A stretch of 19,426 nucleotides of DNA, taken from Octopus sinensis. Taxonomy: Eukaryota. Positions within the stretch are counted from its first letter, which is position 1. Every line of letters begins with the position of its first letter. The DNA lies in the NCBI RefSeq assembly GCF_006345805.1, contig NW_021824351.1:1-19426 (forward strand), read 5' to 3'. The notes beneath the pieces were generated by a model. It searched no databases and was not told the DNA's origin. It saw only the letters and a list, made by a program, of their open reading frames with translations. Shown piece after piece: positions 1-10,092 of the stretch. The position numbers and the translations under genes are program-made.

Positions 1-59
1 CATTTTTTTTCAGACGGTATTTCATTCGCCATATAATAGCTTATACTCGAGAAAATTCT

Positions 60-640
60 ATTGATGTCCGCAATGAAATACTGCTCTCACACTTTGGTGC
101 TGTTACACACAATATTAAAATTGTAGTAGATCGATCTATTGAGGATGGTACATGATTCCATATCACCATTCAGATTACAGACGGCAAGCGCCAAACCCAT
201 CGCCAACGCCTTTGACAAAACTTTGAGGTCCACAGAGTTATGGGCTGAAACCTATCAATGTGATCTACCGTGTTCAAATTTTCTCAGCAGCGAATTCTCT
301 CATCGACTCACGGAACTGGAGATTCTCTTGTCCTGTTGCCAGTTGAGGTAGATATTTACCATTGGGTTGCTGAAGAAGACTGGCATATAAGTGCCTGCTC
401 TTTGCTGCTGATCACGTCCAGCATCGCCTATTTACTTTCTGGGTTCTGGAAGATATTCTATATTGCAAGATCCAAACTATTCTGAAACAATCCAGTGACT
501 CCGTCACGCGTTTTTTGGTCCACTTGAACAGCATCCAGACAAAAGCCACTTGAATGCTTGACAACAACAAAAAAACTCCAGCAAAGCTGTGTGATAGTGG
601 TGTCAAACGTGGCCTGCAGACCATCATATAACTTGTTCGG
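60..640 (+). mobile_element. Highly decayed mariner-like (Tc1/mariner) transposase remnant
   Basis: The frame starting at 451 reads RYSILQDPNYSETIQ*LRHAFFGPLEQHPDK...KAV**WCQTWPAD, resembling the mariner C-terminus (WEILPHPPYSPDLAPSDFHLFGPLKQHL...AV..WL). A TGD (act gga gat, 315-323) lies upstream where the first catalytic Asp motif TGDE(T/S)W is expected. Many stops and frameshifts; boundaries approximate. Confidence 0.5.
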
Positions 641-719
641 TATTTCGTCTTTATTCTTCTCTTCCTTTTTATGTTGCTTCCGTTGACACTGGCTTACGCT
701 TATTGTCCGATCCCCATAT

Positions 720-1060
720 GAGGAGACCCCCTTCGATCATAAATGACCATGGGATTGCACCTTGAAAGTTACCCTCCCAGGCACAAGTCCGGGCAAGGTT
801 GTCTATAGAAGACCAGCAGTCGCCCATGCATACCGGCCTCCCCTCTCCACGTCACCAGTGTTATCCAAGGGAAATGCAAAGGGGCCGATACAGCTTGGCA
901 CCAGTGATGTCGCAACTCATATCTACAGCTGAGTTAACAGGAGTAACGTGAAATAAAGTGTCTTGCTCAAGAACACAACACGGAGCCCGGTCCGAGAATC
1001 GAACTCACAACGCCACGATCGTAAGCTCTGCGCTCTAACCACTGAGCCATGTACCTTCAC
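720..1060 (-). mobile_element. tRNA-derived SINE (family A) with CORE-like central segment
   Basis: The minus strand has A box TGGCTCAGTGG (1049-1039) and B box GTTCGATTC (1004-996), followed by TGTGTTCTTGAGCAAGACACTT, which resembles the CORE-SINE motif CCTTGGGCAAGTCACTT. The 3' boundary is approximate. Confidence 0.85.
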
Positions 1061-1065
1061 ATATA

Positions 1066-1297
1066 AGGCGGTGAGCTGGCAGAAACGTTAGCATACCAGG
1101 CGTAATGCTTAGCGGTATTTCGTCTGCCACAGCGTTCTGAGTTCAAATTCCGCCGAGGTCGACTTTGCCTTTCATCCTTTCGGGGTCAATTAAATAAGTA
1201 CCAGTTACGCACTGGGGTCGATATAATCGATTTAATCCGTTTGTCTGTCCTTATTTGTCCTCTCTGTATTTATCCCCTTGTGGGTAGTAAAGAAATA
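1066..1297 (+). mobile_element. tRNA-derived SINE (family B) with Deu/Nin-like central domain, tail type 1
   Basis: Head AGGCGGTGAGCTGGCAGAAACGTTAGCA; B-box-like GAGTTCAAATTCC (1139-1151); GCCTTTCATCCTTTCGGGGTC...TAAGTACCAG (1167-1204), resembling the Deu/Nin SINE domain. Homologous copies at 1298, 15198, 16344 and 17791. Confidence 0.85.
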
Positions 1298-1460
1298 GGT
1301 ATTTCGTCTGCTGCTACGTTCGAAGTTCAAATTCCATCAAGGCTGACTTTACCTTTCATCCTTCCGGAATCGATAAATTAAGTACCAGTTACGTAATGGG
1401 TCAATCTAATGGACTGGCCCTCTCCCCTAAAATTTTGGGCCTTATGCCCAGAGTAAAACG
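1298..1460 (+). mobile_element. 5'-truncated SINE family B copy, tail type 2
   Basis: Repeats GGTATTTCGTCTG...GTTCAAATTCC...CCTTTCATCCTTCC...GATAAATTAAGTACCAGTTACG directly after the first copy, then a different tail (CCCTCTCCCCTAAAATTTTGGGCCTTATGCCCAGAGTA). Confidence 0.78.
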
Positions 1461-1461
1461 G

Positions 1462-1738
1462 AATATTCCTCGCACTCTCCATTGTGTTGTTGCTTTTATT
1501 CAACTCATAAAGCAAAATATGTCGAATATACTCCTTTGTCACTTTCATTATAGCTTTGAAAAAATAACTGTTGAAATCGAACTGCACTCTTCAAAACGTG
1601 TACTAAGAATAAGGACAAAGTAAAATTACTACCTGCTATTATACCAAGTTGATGCGGGTAGTTTAACCCGCACGCCTCCGACTTTTAGTTCATGCAACTG
1701 CAAAAGATTGCGTTATCTATGAGGTGAAACAAAATATA
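1462..1738 (-). mobile_element. 5' end of a mariner DNA transposon: left terminus, 5' leader and first 29 codons of the transposase
   Basis: ATG at 1548 reads MKVTKEYIRHILLYELNKSNNTMESARNI (to 1462), matching the Mos1/SETMAR-type N-terminal HTH (KEHIRHILLYEF.KG.NA.E.ARNI). The element end abuts a TA dinucleotide at 1737-1738 next to a microsatellite. It is truncated by the SINE tail at 1460. Confidence 0.85.
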
Positions 1739-1740
1739 CA

Positions 1741-1776
<36 letters not shown>

Positions 1777-1851
1777 TATATTGGATTAACTATATATATA
1801 TATTTGTAAGTATGTATGTATATATATTTTGTGTCACCTCATATAATATAT

Positions 1852-1904
<53 letters not shown>

Positions 1905-2200
1905 ATATGTATGTATGTATATATATATATATACATACATACATACAAATATATATATATATATATATATTTTATATATTTTATATATACATGTACATAC
2001 ATATGTATACGTATGTATATGAACGATTGTATGTAGGTATGTACGTGTGCGTGTAAGTATGTGTGCGTATATGCTTGCGTTCCTGGAATTATGTGTGTGT
2101 GTGTATGTATATGTGTATGTGTGCGCATACATATGGATGCATGTACGCGTGTGTGCATGCATGAATGTGTGTGCCTCTATGTATGTTTGTATTGATGCCC
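1736..2200. repeat. Compound (TACA)n/(TA)n/(TG)n microsatellite
   Basis: Directly visible simple repeats. Confidence 0.95.
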
Positions 2201-2218
2201 ATAGGATGTATGAATGTC

Positions 2219-2603
2219 CGTAGGAGTGGATCTGTGGTAAGTAGCTTGCTTACAAACCACATGGTTCCGGGTTCAGTCCCACTGCGTGGCACTTTGGCCA
2301 AGTGTCTTCTACTATAACCTCGGGTCCACTAAAGCCGTGTGAGTGGATTTGGTAGACGGAAACTGAAAGAAGCCCGTCGTATATATGTACATACATATAT
2401 GCATGTGTGTGTATTTGTTTGTGTGTCTGTGTTTGTCCCCCCAACATCTCTTGACAACCGAACTTAGCGGTTCGGCGAAAGTGACCGAGAGAATAAGTAC
2501 TAGGCTCACAAAGAATAAGTCCTGGGGCCGATTTGCTGACTAAAGGCAGTGCTCCAGCATGGCCACAGTCAGATGACTGAAACAACTGAAAGAGTAAAGA
2601 GTA
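2219..2603 (+). mobile_element. tRNA-derived SINE (family C), near full length, with internal (TA)/(TG) tract
   Basis: Head AGGAGTGG..TGTGGTAAGTAGCTTGC; B-box-like GGTTCAGTCCC (2270-2280); CORE-like GGCACTTTGGCCAAGTGTCTT (2288-2308); short-repeat tail GAAAGAGTAAAGAGTA. Homologous fragments at 9886, 12853, 12967 and 13125. Confidence 0.88.
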
Positions 2604-2690
2604 TGTATATATGCGTTTGTGAATATGTATGTATTGTTCTGAATGAATAGATGTATGCTTGCATATATATCCGAGCGTATTTAAGTAAAT

Positions 2691-2752
<62 letters not shown>

Positions 2753-2763
2753 GAAAGGGATAG

Positions 2764-2843
<80 letters not shown>
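2691..2843. repeat. (AGAT)n microsatellite
   Basis: Directly visible, with one interruption near 2752-2760. Confidence 0.97.
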
Positions 2844-3132
2844 GGATATAGATGTAGATATATGCATATACGTATATATATATACATATATATATATATA
2901 TGTATGTTTATCTATATGTGTGTATATATATGCACACATATATGTATACATATATATATACACATATAGATAAACATACATATATATATATATATATACA
3001 CGTATATATGAGTGTGTATATATATACATACATATATATACACATGTATGTATAAATACACACGCGTACCCTCACACGCATACACATATAGCGATATATG
3101 TCTCTATGTATACATTAATATATGCGCGCGAT

Positions 3133-3165
<33 letters not shown>

Positions 3166-3400
3166 TCAATCATTTTCACACGTACATATATTCAGGCATA
3201 CATACTGAACGTAAGTAAAATAATTTTTCCCTTTGTTCGTGTGTGTATGAATGTATTTGTGCCTCTCATTTGTGTATGTGTGGGTTTGTGTGTGTGCGTG
3301 TGTGTGTGTGTGTGCGTGTGAGTGTGTGTCTGCGTGTGTGTGAGTGTGTGTGTGCGTGAGTGTGTGTGTGTGTGTGTGTGTCTTCGTGCGTGTGTGTTTA
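2844..3400. repeat. Degenerate (TA)n/(CA)n/(TG)n simple-repeat region
   Basis: Directly visible. Confidence 0.9.
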
Positions 3401-3585
3401 ACAGCGTGCACATAACATCGCTAGCTAATATCTACAAGGTGACCTGTTAAGGGTCGGTTAATGACCACTCAAGTGGAACGATCTGAGAGCAAGGAAGGAT
3501 GGAAAGGGGCGAGCTGTGGGGGTGAGGAGGGGGAGAAGGCAGAGGAAAAGAGGGTGAGCTTGTTAAACAAAAAGTAAAATGATGC

Positions 3586-3611
3586 TAATAATAATAATAA
3601 TAATAATAATG

Positions 3612-3644
<33 letters not shown>

Positions 3645-3723
3645 TAATAATAATAATAATAATAATAAAAATAATAATAATAAAAATAATGATAATAATA
3701 ATAATAATGGTGATGATGATAAT
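3586..3723. repeat. (AAT)n microsatellite
   Basis: Directly visible. Confidence 0.96.
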
Positions 3724-3891
3724 AGTTTATTTTATTGCTACAAGAGCAACGGATGGGGGACAGTTGTAACAATAACAAGTAAGTAAATAAAAAAAATTAT
3801 TTAAAAAAAAAACAATTGTAAAGAAACAAAGAACAGGAACAATATGTACAATAATAAGTACAATAGCGAAAAGTAGAACTACCAAAGTCGA

Positions 3892-4064
3892 AATGATGAT
3901 GATGATGATGATTAGGAGGAGGAGGAAGAGGAGAATGGTGATGGTAGTGGTGGTAGTGGTGGTGGTGGTGGTGATGAAGATGATGATGATGATGATGATG
4001 ATGATGACAATGAAGAAGAAAAAGAAGGACAACAACAAAAACGTTGACGACAACGACGTCGACG

Positions 4065-4118
<54 letters not shown>

Positions 4119-4290
4119 ATTATGGTGATGATGATGATGACGGCGACGATTTTTTTTTTACTTTGCCATAGGGGCATTGATACGGGAACAGTCACAAGCA
4201 CAATCTAGAATTTGTGTGTATGGGTGGGGAGTACATAGAAGATGAGAGTACATAAATACAAATGATGATGATGATGACGACGACAACGAC

Positions 4291-4321
<31 letters not shown>

Positions 4322-4346
4322 GTGATGGTGATGATGATGGTGATGG

Positions 4347-4377
<31 letters not shown>

Positions 4378-4383
4378 GGTGAT
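3892..4383. repeat. (GAT)n/(GGT)n/(GAC)n trinucleotide repeat cluster
   Basis: Directly visible; source of the poly-M/D/H ORFs. Confidence 0.93.
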
Positions 4384-4494
4384 TTCTTTATTAACCGCAA
4401 AAGGTCTACATGAAGAAGAAAAAGCATTAATAATAAGTTACAGAGAGACAGAGGTGGGGAGAGACTGGGCGGTCGGAAAGAAAAGAATAGAAAG

Positions 4495-4528
4495 CACTAA
4501 GAGAGAAGGAAGGAAATAGAGAAGAGGG

Positions 4529-4608
<80 letters not shown>

Positions 4609-4749
4609 AAGGAAGGAAGGAAAGAAGGAAGGAAGGAAGGAAGGAAGGAAAGAAGAAAGAAAGAAAGAAAGATAGATAGAAAGGAAGGAAGGAAGGAAGG
4701 AAGAAAGAAAGGAAGAAAGGAAGGAAAGAAGGAAGGAAGGAAGGAAGGC

Positions 4750-4796
<47 letters not shown>

Positions 4797-4840
4797 AAGG
4801 AAGGAAGGAAGGAAGGAAGGAAGGAAGAAAGAAAGAAAGG
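4495..4840. repeat. Compound purine microsatellite (GA)n/(GAAA)n/(GGAA)n with recurring GATAGATAG blocks
   Basis: Directly visible; (GAAA)n-GATA-(GGAA)n blocks recur near 4596, 4671 and 4787. Confidence 0.93.
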
Positions 4841-5407
4841 TGGTTGAAGTAAAAGAGAAAATGGCGACGCACAGAGTAGAGTGGGAAAGAAGGTGAGAAG
4901 GAGAAGAGCAGAGATGGAGAGAGGCGAGGGAGAGAGAGGAAAGAAGAGAGCAAGGAGGAAGAAGGAGACGCTGCGAGAGAAAGAGTAAAAGGGATGAGAA
5001 AGAGGCGTGTAGTGTATAGAGTTCAGCGATGTGATGACATGGAGGAAAAGGACAAGAGTTAGACGACGACGGCTTTTATCATTGAAATCAAGGATCAGTT
5101 GTACGTACTCGTGTGTGTCTGTGTGTGCGTCAGTATGTGTGGCTGTGTGCGCGCGCGCGCGTGTTGGTGTGTGTGTGTAGGGCATGACTTCTAACCCATG
5201 TTCAGAACTCCATGTGTTTCCATTGTAGCTCGAAAGACGCCTCCGTAAAACGAAATTGAATTATTTTTTCGAAATATCCTGTTGTTTGTTCTTCTCCATC
5301 GATATTTTTATAATACAGAGTATTATAAGAGAGAGACAAAAATAACGTCGATATATATTCATTCGTGAAAGGATGTAATGAATAACCGTAGGAACATATC
5401 GCCACTC

Positions 5408-5409
<2 letters not shown>

Positions 5410-5450
<41 letters not shown>

Positions 5451-5545
5451 GTGTGTGTGTGTGTGTCTGTGTGTGTGTGTGTGAGTGTGTGTGTGGAGAG
5501 AGAGAGAATGAGAGGGAGAGATACACACACACACACACACACATT
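5410..5545. repeat. (TG)n-(GA)n-(CA)n microsatellite
   Basis: Directly visible. Confidence 0.95.
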
Positions 5546-5629
5546 TATATATATAAATGTGACCGCGTGTGTACCGTTGGCGATTTTTTCCCCTCTGTCT
5601 TCCCTTCTCTGGATCTTTCCTTCTCTTAT

Positions 5630-5664
5630 GTTTCCAACGAAGAGCTCCGCTCGAAACGTTAAAC
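5630..5664 (+). ncRNA. Minimal type-I hammerhead-ribozyme-like motif (core mutated) within a Penelope-type terminal-repeat-like segment (~5558-5740)
   Basis: GTTT-CCAACGA-A-GAGC-TCC-GCTC-GAA-ACGT-T-AAAC. Stem I is GUUU(5630-33)/AAAC(5661-64). Stem II is GAGC(5642-45)/GCUC(5649-52). The palindrome ACGU replaces stem III, and the cleavage triplet is GUU. The core CCAACGA differs from CUGANGA at 2 positions. Confidence 0.55.
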
Positions 5665-5948
5665 CCTCCTTCTTTCCTGAGCGTCCAATAATACTCTGTT
5701 TGTTCCACGTCCTCGAGTTGTTGTGTTTTTTTGTGCTTTCTTGTTTGGATTAACTTTATATATATATATAAATGTGTGTGTGCCTGTGGATGGATGTTTA
5801 TATGCACACACACACATGAACAAAAACAGAAGTCTCCGAGTGTGTACGCGCGCTTCTGCGTCTTTAGCTTCATGGGACCGTTCACATCTTTGCTGCTTTT
5901 ATTTTTACGTTTTCACACCGCTGATGCACAAATATATTCCATTTTGAC

Positions 5949-6018
<70 letters not shown>

Positions 6019-6031
6019 ATCTATCTATCTC

Positions 6032-6087
<56 letters not shown>
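5949..6087. repeat. (TCTA)n microsatellite
   Basis: Directly visible. Confidence 0.97.
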
Positions 6088-6249
6088 ACTTTTCTTTCTC
6101 TTACTGCATACATACATATACATGTGTATACACACAAACACATACACACACATAAATGTATATATATATATAGGTATATACACACGTACACGCACACGCA
6201 CACACAAACATATATTTGTATATATTTATATATATTTATATCCGTGTGC

Positions 6250-6795
6250 CGAGTATGTGCAGAGCATTTCAGGATCATAGAAACGCATTTCCCACAAGCA
6301 CATAAGTATAGAAAGATATTCAAGAGGCATAGCTTGAGTGTCTCGTTTATCTGTACATTTAATATGAAACATATTTTCGTTAATAGGACCAAACCAAAGG
6401 CAGAAGTTGACTGTTCATGCTGGGTTTACATCACATGTCCACTGAATGGACAACATAACATGGAGTTTGTTGTATATGAAGTGTATGAAATGATGAGGGA
6501 CTCAATTAGGACGGCGTAGGTACAGTAATACGTTGGAATCACGGAAGGCTCTTTTATAAACAGGCTAAACAACTGCAAGTCTTCATTTAGGATCCAGAAC
6601 AGGCGCAATGTCACAATGTTAACTAAGTACATACAGTTGTTGAAATTGTTCGGAAAACGCAGGCCGTCTCTAAATAAAAGCAGCAGGAGCTGCAGGTTCT
6701 GTCTGGCGGAGAATAAATTATCCTGAAGAATTCCCTTCTTGTACTATAAGCCGAAATTTTTTCCCCTGTCCTCAACAATGAGAGTACGTTTTAAT
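6250..6795 (+). mobile_element. Penelope-like retroelement fragment: end of RT thumb/linker plus GIY-YIG endonuclease (decayed)
   Basis: One frame reads HFPQAHKYRKIFKRHSLSVSFICTFNMKHI...DCSCWVYITCPLNGQ..FVVY...*YVGITEGSFINRLNNCKSSFR...NVTMLTKYI...SCRFCLAE, then EIFS after a frameshift. This matches the PLE pattern HFP..HKL.KIF.R..VKVSYSC..NMK / C.C....CPL.G / IVY / YIG.TE..FK.R.NNHKSSF / C.LCL.E. In-frame stops at 6517 and 6526. Confidence 0.87.
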
Positions 6796-8581
6796 GAGAT
6801 GATTTGAGTTCCACCAAAGTAAAGTGAAGACTGACGTTTGTCTATTTTAGAATTATTTTCCTCTTATCTTATAAGATTTGACTCCTCTTTTTAATCTCCT
6901 CGATCACCCTTTAGCTCCTTATGCCCCCATTCCCCCTATCCCTTCCCTCTCTTCATCCCTTCGTCTCCTTGCTTTCCTTCCAGCCTCTCTCGCATCTTGC
7001 TTTCTTATTATAATATTCCCTTCCCCCCTCTCACACAATATACACATGTATACACATAACACTCTTTTTGCAAACAAGCTAATCATCTCCCTTCTTATCG
7101 TTTTCCACCTCTTATACTTCTTCCACGCTTTCTTTCACACTCTCTTACAACCTCTGCTCGTCACCCTTCACCCTTCCTCTTTCGTATAAGCATACACGAA
7201 AGGGTTACTCCCTGTACATCAGCACATCTTACAAACTTTTACTTTGTTTTATATTTCCGTTGCCAATTCAAGTGATATAACTTAAGAAAAGATCACCATA
7301 TTATATACTGTTCCCGCTTTTTATTCCGCTTTTATTTTTTAACTGTAAACAAGTATTCCTTGGTTTGATACCGGATGTTTTCATTCATACCTGCAGTTCC
7401 AAAGGGTCGCAAGCTATGCACTTCCAGCCGGCCATGTCTGATGGTTATTTAATTATTTTGCTCCTCTATCATATCCTGATCTCGTATGAAACGCCCGTAT
7501 GCTGCGCTTGTGATGATACAGAGTAGAAAGAGTAGTTGTTATCTTTATCGAAGCAAAACAAACTTAAGGGTTGAATGCCTAGAAGAACTGGAGAGCCATA
7601 ACTCTAAGGATAGGAGAGAAAACATTCTTAGAACCAACACTACTAATAACAAATGAGCAAATACCTCGTCAATTAACCGTAGCTACTTGTAGTACCACAC
7701 CTTCATGCGGTGAGAAAGGATACGAGGAAATTACAAAGAAAAATTCCCAGATGAAAGACTCAGCATGAAAGACTGAAAGCAGGTGAGGCGGAACAATTTC
7801 TGAACGAAAACAAAATTTGCCATCAGAAAAATAATGAAGAAAATGCAGGGGACGAAGATGAATTAAGTTTCGGTGCTTCTCGAATATCAAACAGACAATT
7901 AACAGACAAAATTAAGCATCTGTTTCCACGGACTCTCCGAAGCAATTTGGACAAAAACAAAAAAGAAAAAGAAAACAGCAGCTAGTTTCAGAATGTAAAC
8001 ATCAAGCAAAAGATAAGCTACCAGTAAAATTAGAATTAAGACAATATACTGGACATAACAAAAAGTTACCGACAAAATGTTGGTGTTTTCCCATAGCAAA
8101 AACCAAAAAAATGCTCACTGGTGCATTCGGTTGCATTTGAACACAGATTGAAAAATGGTTAAGTGAACAGGGTTCTGAAGGGTCCTGTTCAACCTGGACA
8201 GAAAATCTGTTGGGTTTTATTTCCTTAAATTATATCTTGCTTTAATTATTGTATCATTCATTGCACTTTGCTTTTTATTTCCGTTCTAATGAGTGTGTGT
8301 GTGCGTGCGCGCGTGTGTGTGTGCGTGCGCGCGTGTGTGTGTGTTTAAGCGTATGTGCATTTGTGCCTATGTATGCGTGTTCGTGTGTGTACCTTTAAAA
8401 TTCATAGAACGACCTCACTTCCATTGTATAACGTCTCTTACCCACTAGACGTGTTTTTATCACGCCCTTACGTTTATCTTTCTCTACTCTGTAATACTAA
8501 GTGAAATGTTCGTTAGTTTTGTATATCTTCGAGCCCTTATGACTAATAAAGAAATTATTATTACTGCTTTTTGTAGTATTA

Positions 8582-8604
8582 GTAGTTGTTGTTGTTGTTG
8601 TTGC

Positions 8605-8663
<59 letters not shown>

Positions 8664-8843
8664 TATTATTCTATGTTTGACTTTTGCTTTATGTCTGTAC
8701 AAGTTGGCTCCAAGTCTCACCCAGAGACCTCAAGAGACAACAGGTTGGAATTTCTGTGCCATATATTTGGGGGGGGGGTTGTGTTGTACTCGTGAATGTC
8801 TAATACATAAAAATAAAATTTTTTTTTTAAATTATTATTATTA

Positions 8844-8875
<32 letters not shown>

Positions 8876-9069
8876 TATATTATTATTATTATTTATTATT
8901 ATTATTATTCTATGTTTGACTTTTGCTTTATGTCTGTACAAGTTGGCTCCAAGTCTCACCCAGAGACCTCAAGAGACAACAGGTTGGAATTTCTGTGCCA
9001 TATATTTGGGGGGGGGGTTGTGTTGTACTCGTGAATGTCTAATACATAAAAATAAAATTTTTTTTTTAA

Positions 9070-9155
<86 letters not shown>

Positions 9156-9168
9156 CATTATTATTATT
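8582..9168. repeat. (TTG)n/(TTA)n tracts interleaved with two identical 161-bp units (8671-8831 and 8910-9070)
   Basis: Manual comparison shows the two units are identical, including the G10 and T10 runs; period 239 bp. Confidence 0.95.
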
Positions 9169-9885
9169 CTGTGATGACAACTCACAGTTTACATTGCAGA
9201 CTAAGGTGACGCTTGTTTACCTGTCATGCTCCAAAAAACCCTGCGAAGAATTCTTTCAGTTCCATGCAATGCTGATTTTTGTAGGTGTTCTACCCTCACA
9301 CTCTCTCCAGTCTTTTTCAGTCATCCTGGTAGCTGAGATAATTCCAAGTGCACCAATTATTCTTGATCTCACGTATACTCTCCTCATTGGCCACAACATA
9401 CGTATTTCCCACTTCAAATCGTCAGAATTGTTTATTTTCTTTTTCTTTCACATGGATCCTGTTGTCACCAGGGCAGGCTATGTCGATTATCATACATGTT
9501 TTTTTTTTTATTCACCACAACAATGTCATGTTTCCGATGTCTGGTCAGGTGATCGCACTGAATAATTACATCCCACAGGATTTTGCAATTCTCATTCTCG
9601 GTGACTCTTGGAGTTTGCCCATATCACGTCGTTGCTCTTTGTAGGCCGTGATTTACAGAGTTCCCAATGGATTATTCTTGCCACAATGTCATGGTGTTGT
9701 GCCAATTTCGGGCATTCGCTAACGATGTGCCATACCATTTCACCCCTCTCACCACACATTCTGCATTTGTCGCAGTCGGTAGTGTTGTCGATTCTGCACT
9801 TCTCATAGTTCGGCCTTAACGCTTGTTCTTGAGCTGCACATATAAGTGCTTCGGTCTTTATTTTCAGGTCACTCCTTCTCATCCA
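9169..9885 (-). mobile_element. 3' end of an R4/Dong-type non-LTR retrotransposon: CCHC zinc knuckle, restriction-like endonuclease, short 3'UTR, (AAT)n tail/target
   Basis: Minus-strand translation gives WMRRSDLKIKTEALICAAQEQALRPNY...CRMCGERGEMVWHIVSECPKLAQHHDIVARIIHWELC. After frameshifts it continues ENENCKILWDVIIQCDH..RHRKHDIVVV...CMIIDIACPGDNRI..KE...DDLKWEI..LW...IIGALG...LQKSAL.GT.RILRRV. It ends ...CATCACAG then (AAT)n at 9168. Confidence 0.92.
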
Positions 9886-10092
9886 TAGTCGAAGAAATCG
9901 ACCCCAGGACTTATTCTTTGTAAGCCTAGTACTTATTCTATCGGTCTTTTTTGCCGAACCGCTAAGTTACGGGGACGTAAACACACCACCATCAGTTGTC
10001 AAGCGATGTTGGAGTGGTGGACAAACACAGACACACAAACATATACACACACATACATATATATACATATATACGACGGGCTACTTTCAGTT
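9886..10092 (-). mobile_element. Internal/3' fragment of SINE family C
   Basis: Reverse complement matches 2360-2540 (CTGAAAG.AGCCCGTCGTATATATG...GTTTGTCC...CTTAGCGGTTCGGC...GAATAAGTACTAGGCT.ACAAAGAATAAGTCCTGGGG). Confidence 0.88.

Noticed and set aside
996-1049. tRNA-like A and B boxes here and at 15737-15792 as possible tRNA genes
   Set aside because: No complete cloverleaf, and each continues into a SINE body; these are SINE heads.
1790-5950. Numerous long ORFs (YI, HT, LSIY, poly-I/M/D/H, FLPS repeats), e.g. 2250-3029, 4427-5185, 5202-5885
   Set aside because: They are translations of stop-free microsatellites, with no splice or domain support.
7391-7501. Possible minus-strand exon with donor CAG|GTATGA at 7391/0; one frame reads AGWKCIACDPLEL (zinc-finger-like)
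   Set aside because: All three frames of the 111-nt candidate contain a stop, the nearer acceptor lacks a pyrimidine tract, and no further cysteines support a zinc-finger or ADD domain.
8163-8190. 8-bp inverted repeat TGAACAGG/CCTGTTCA
   Set aside because: Short enough to occur by chance; no associated structure.
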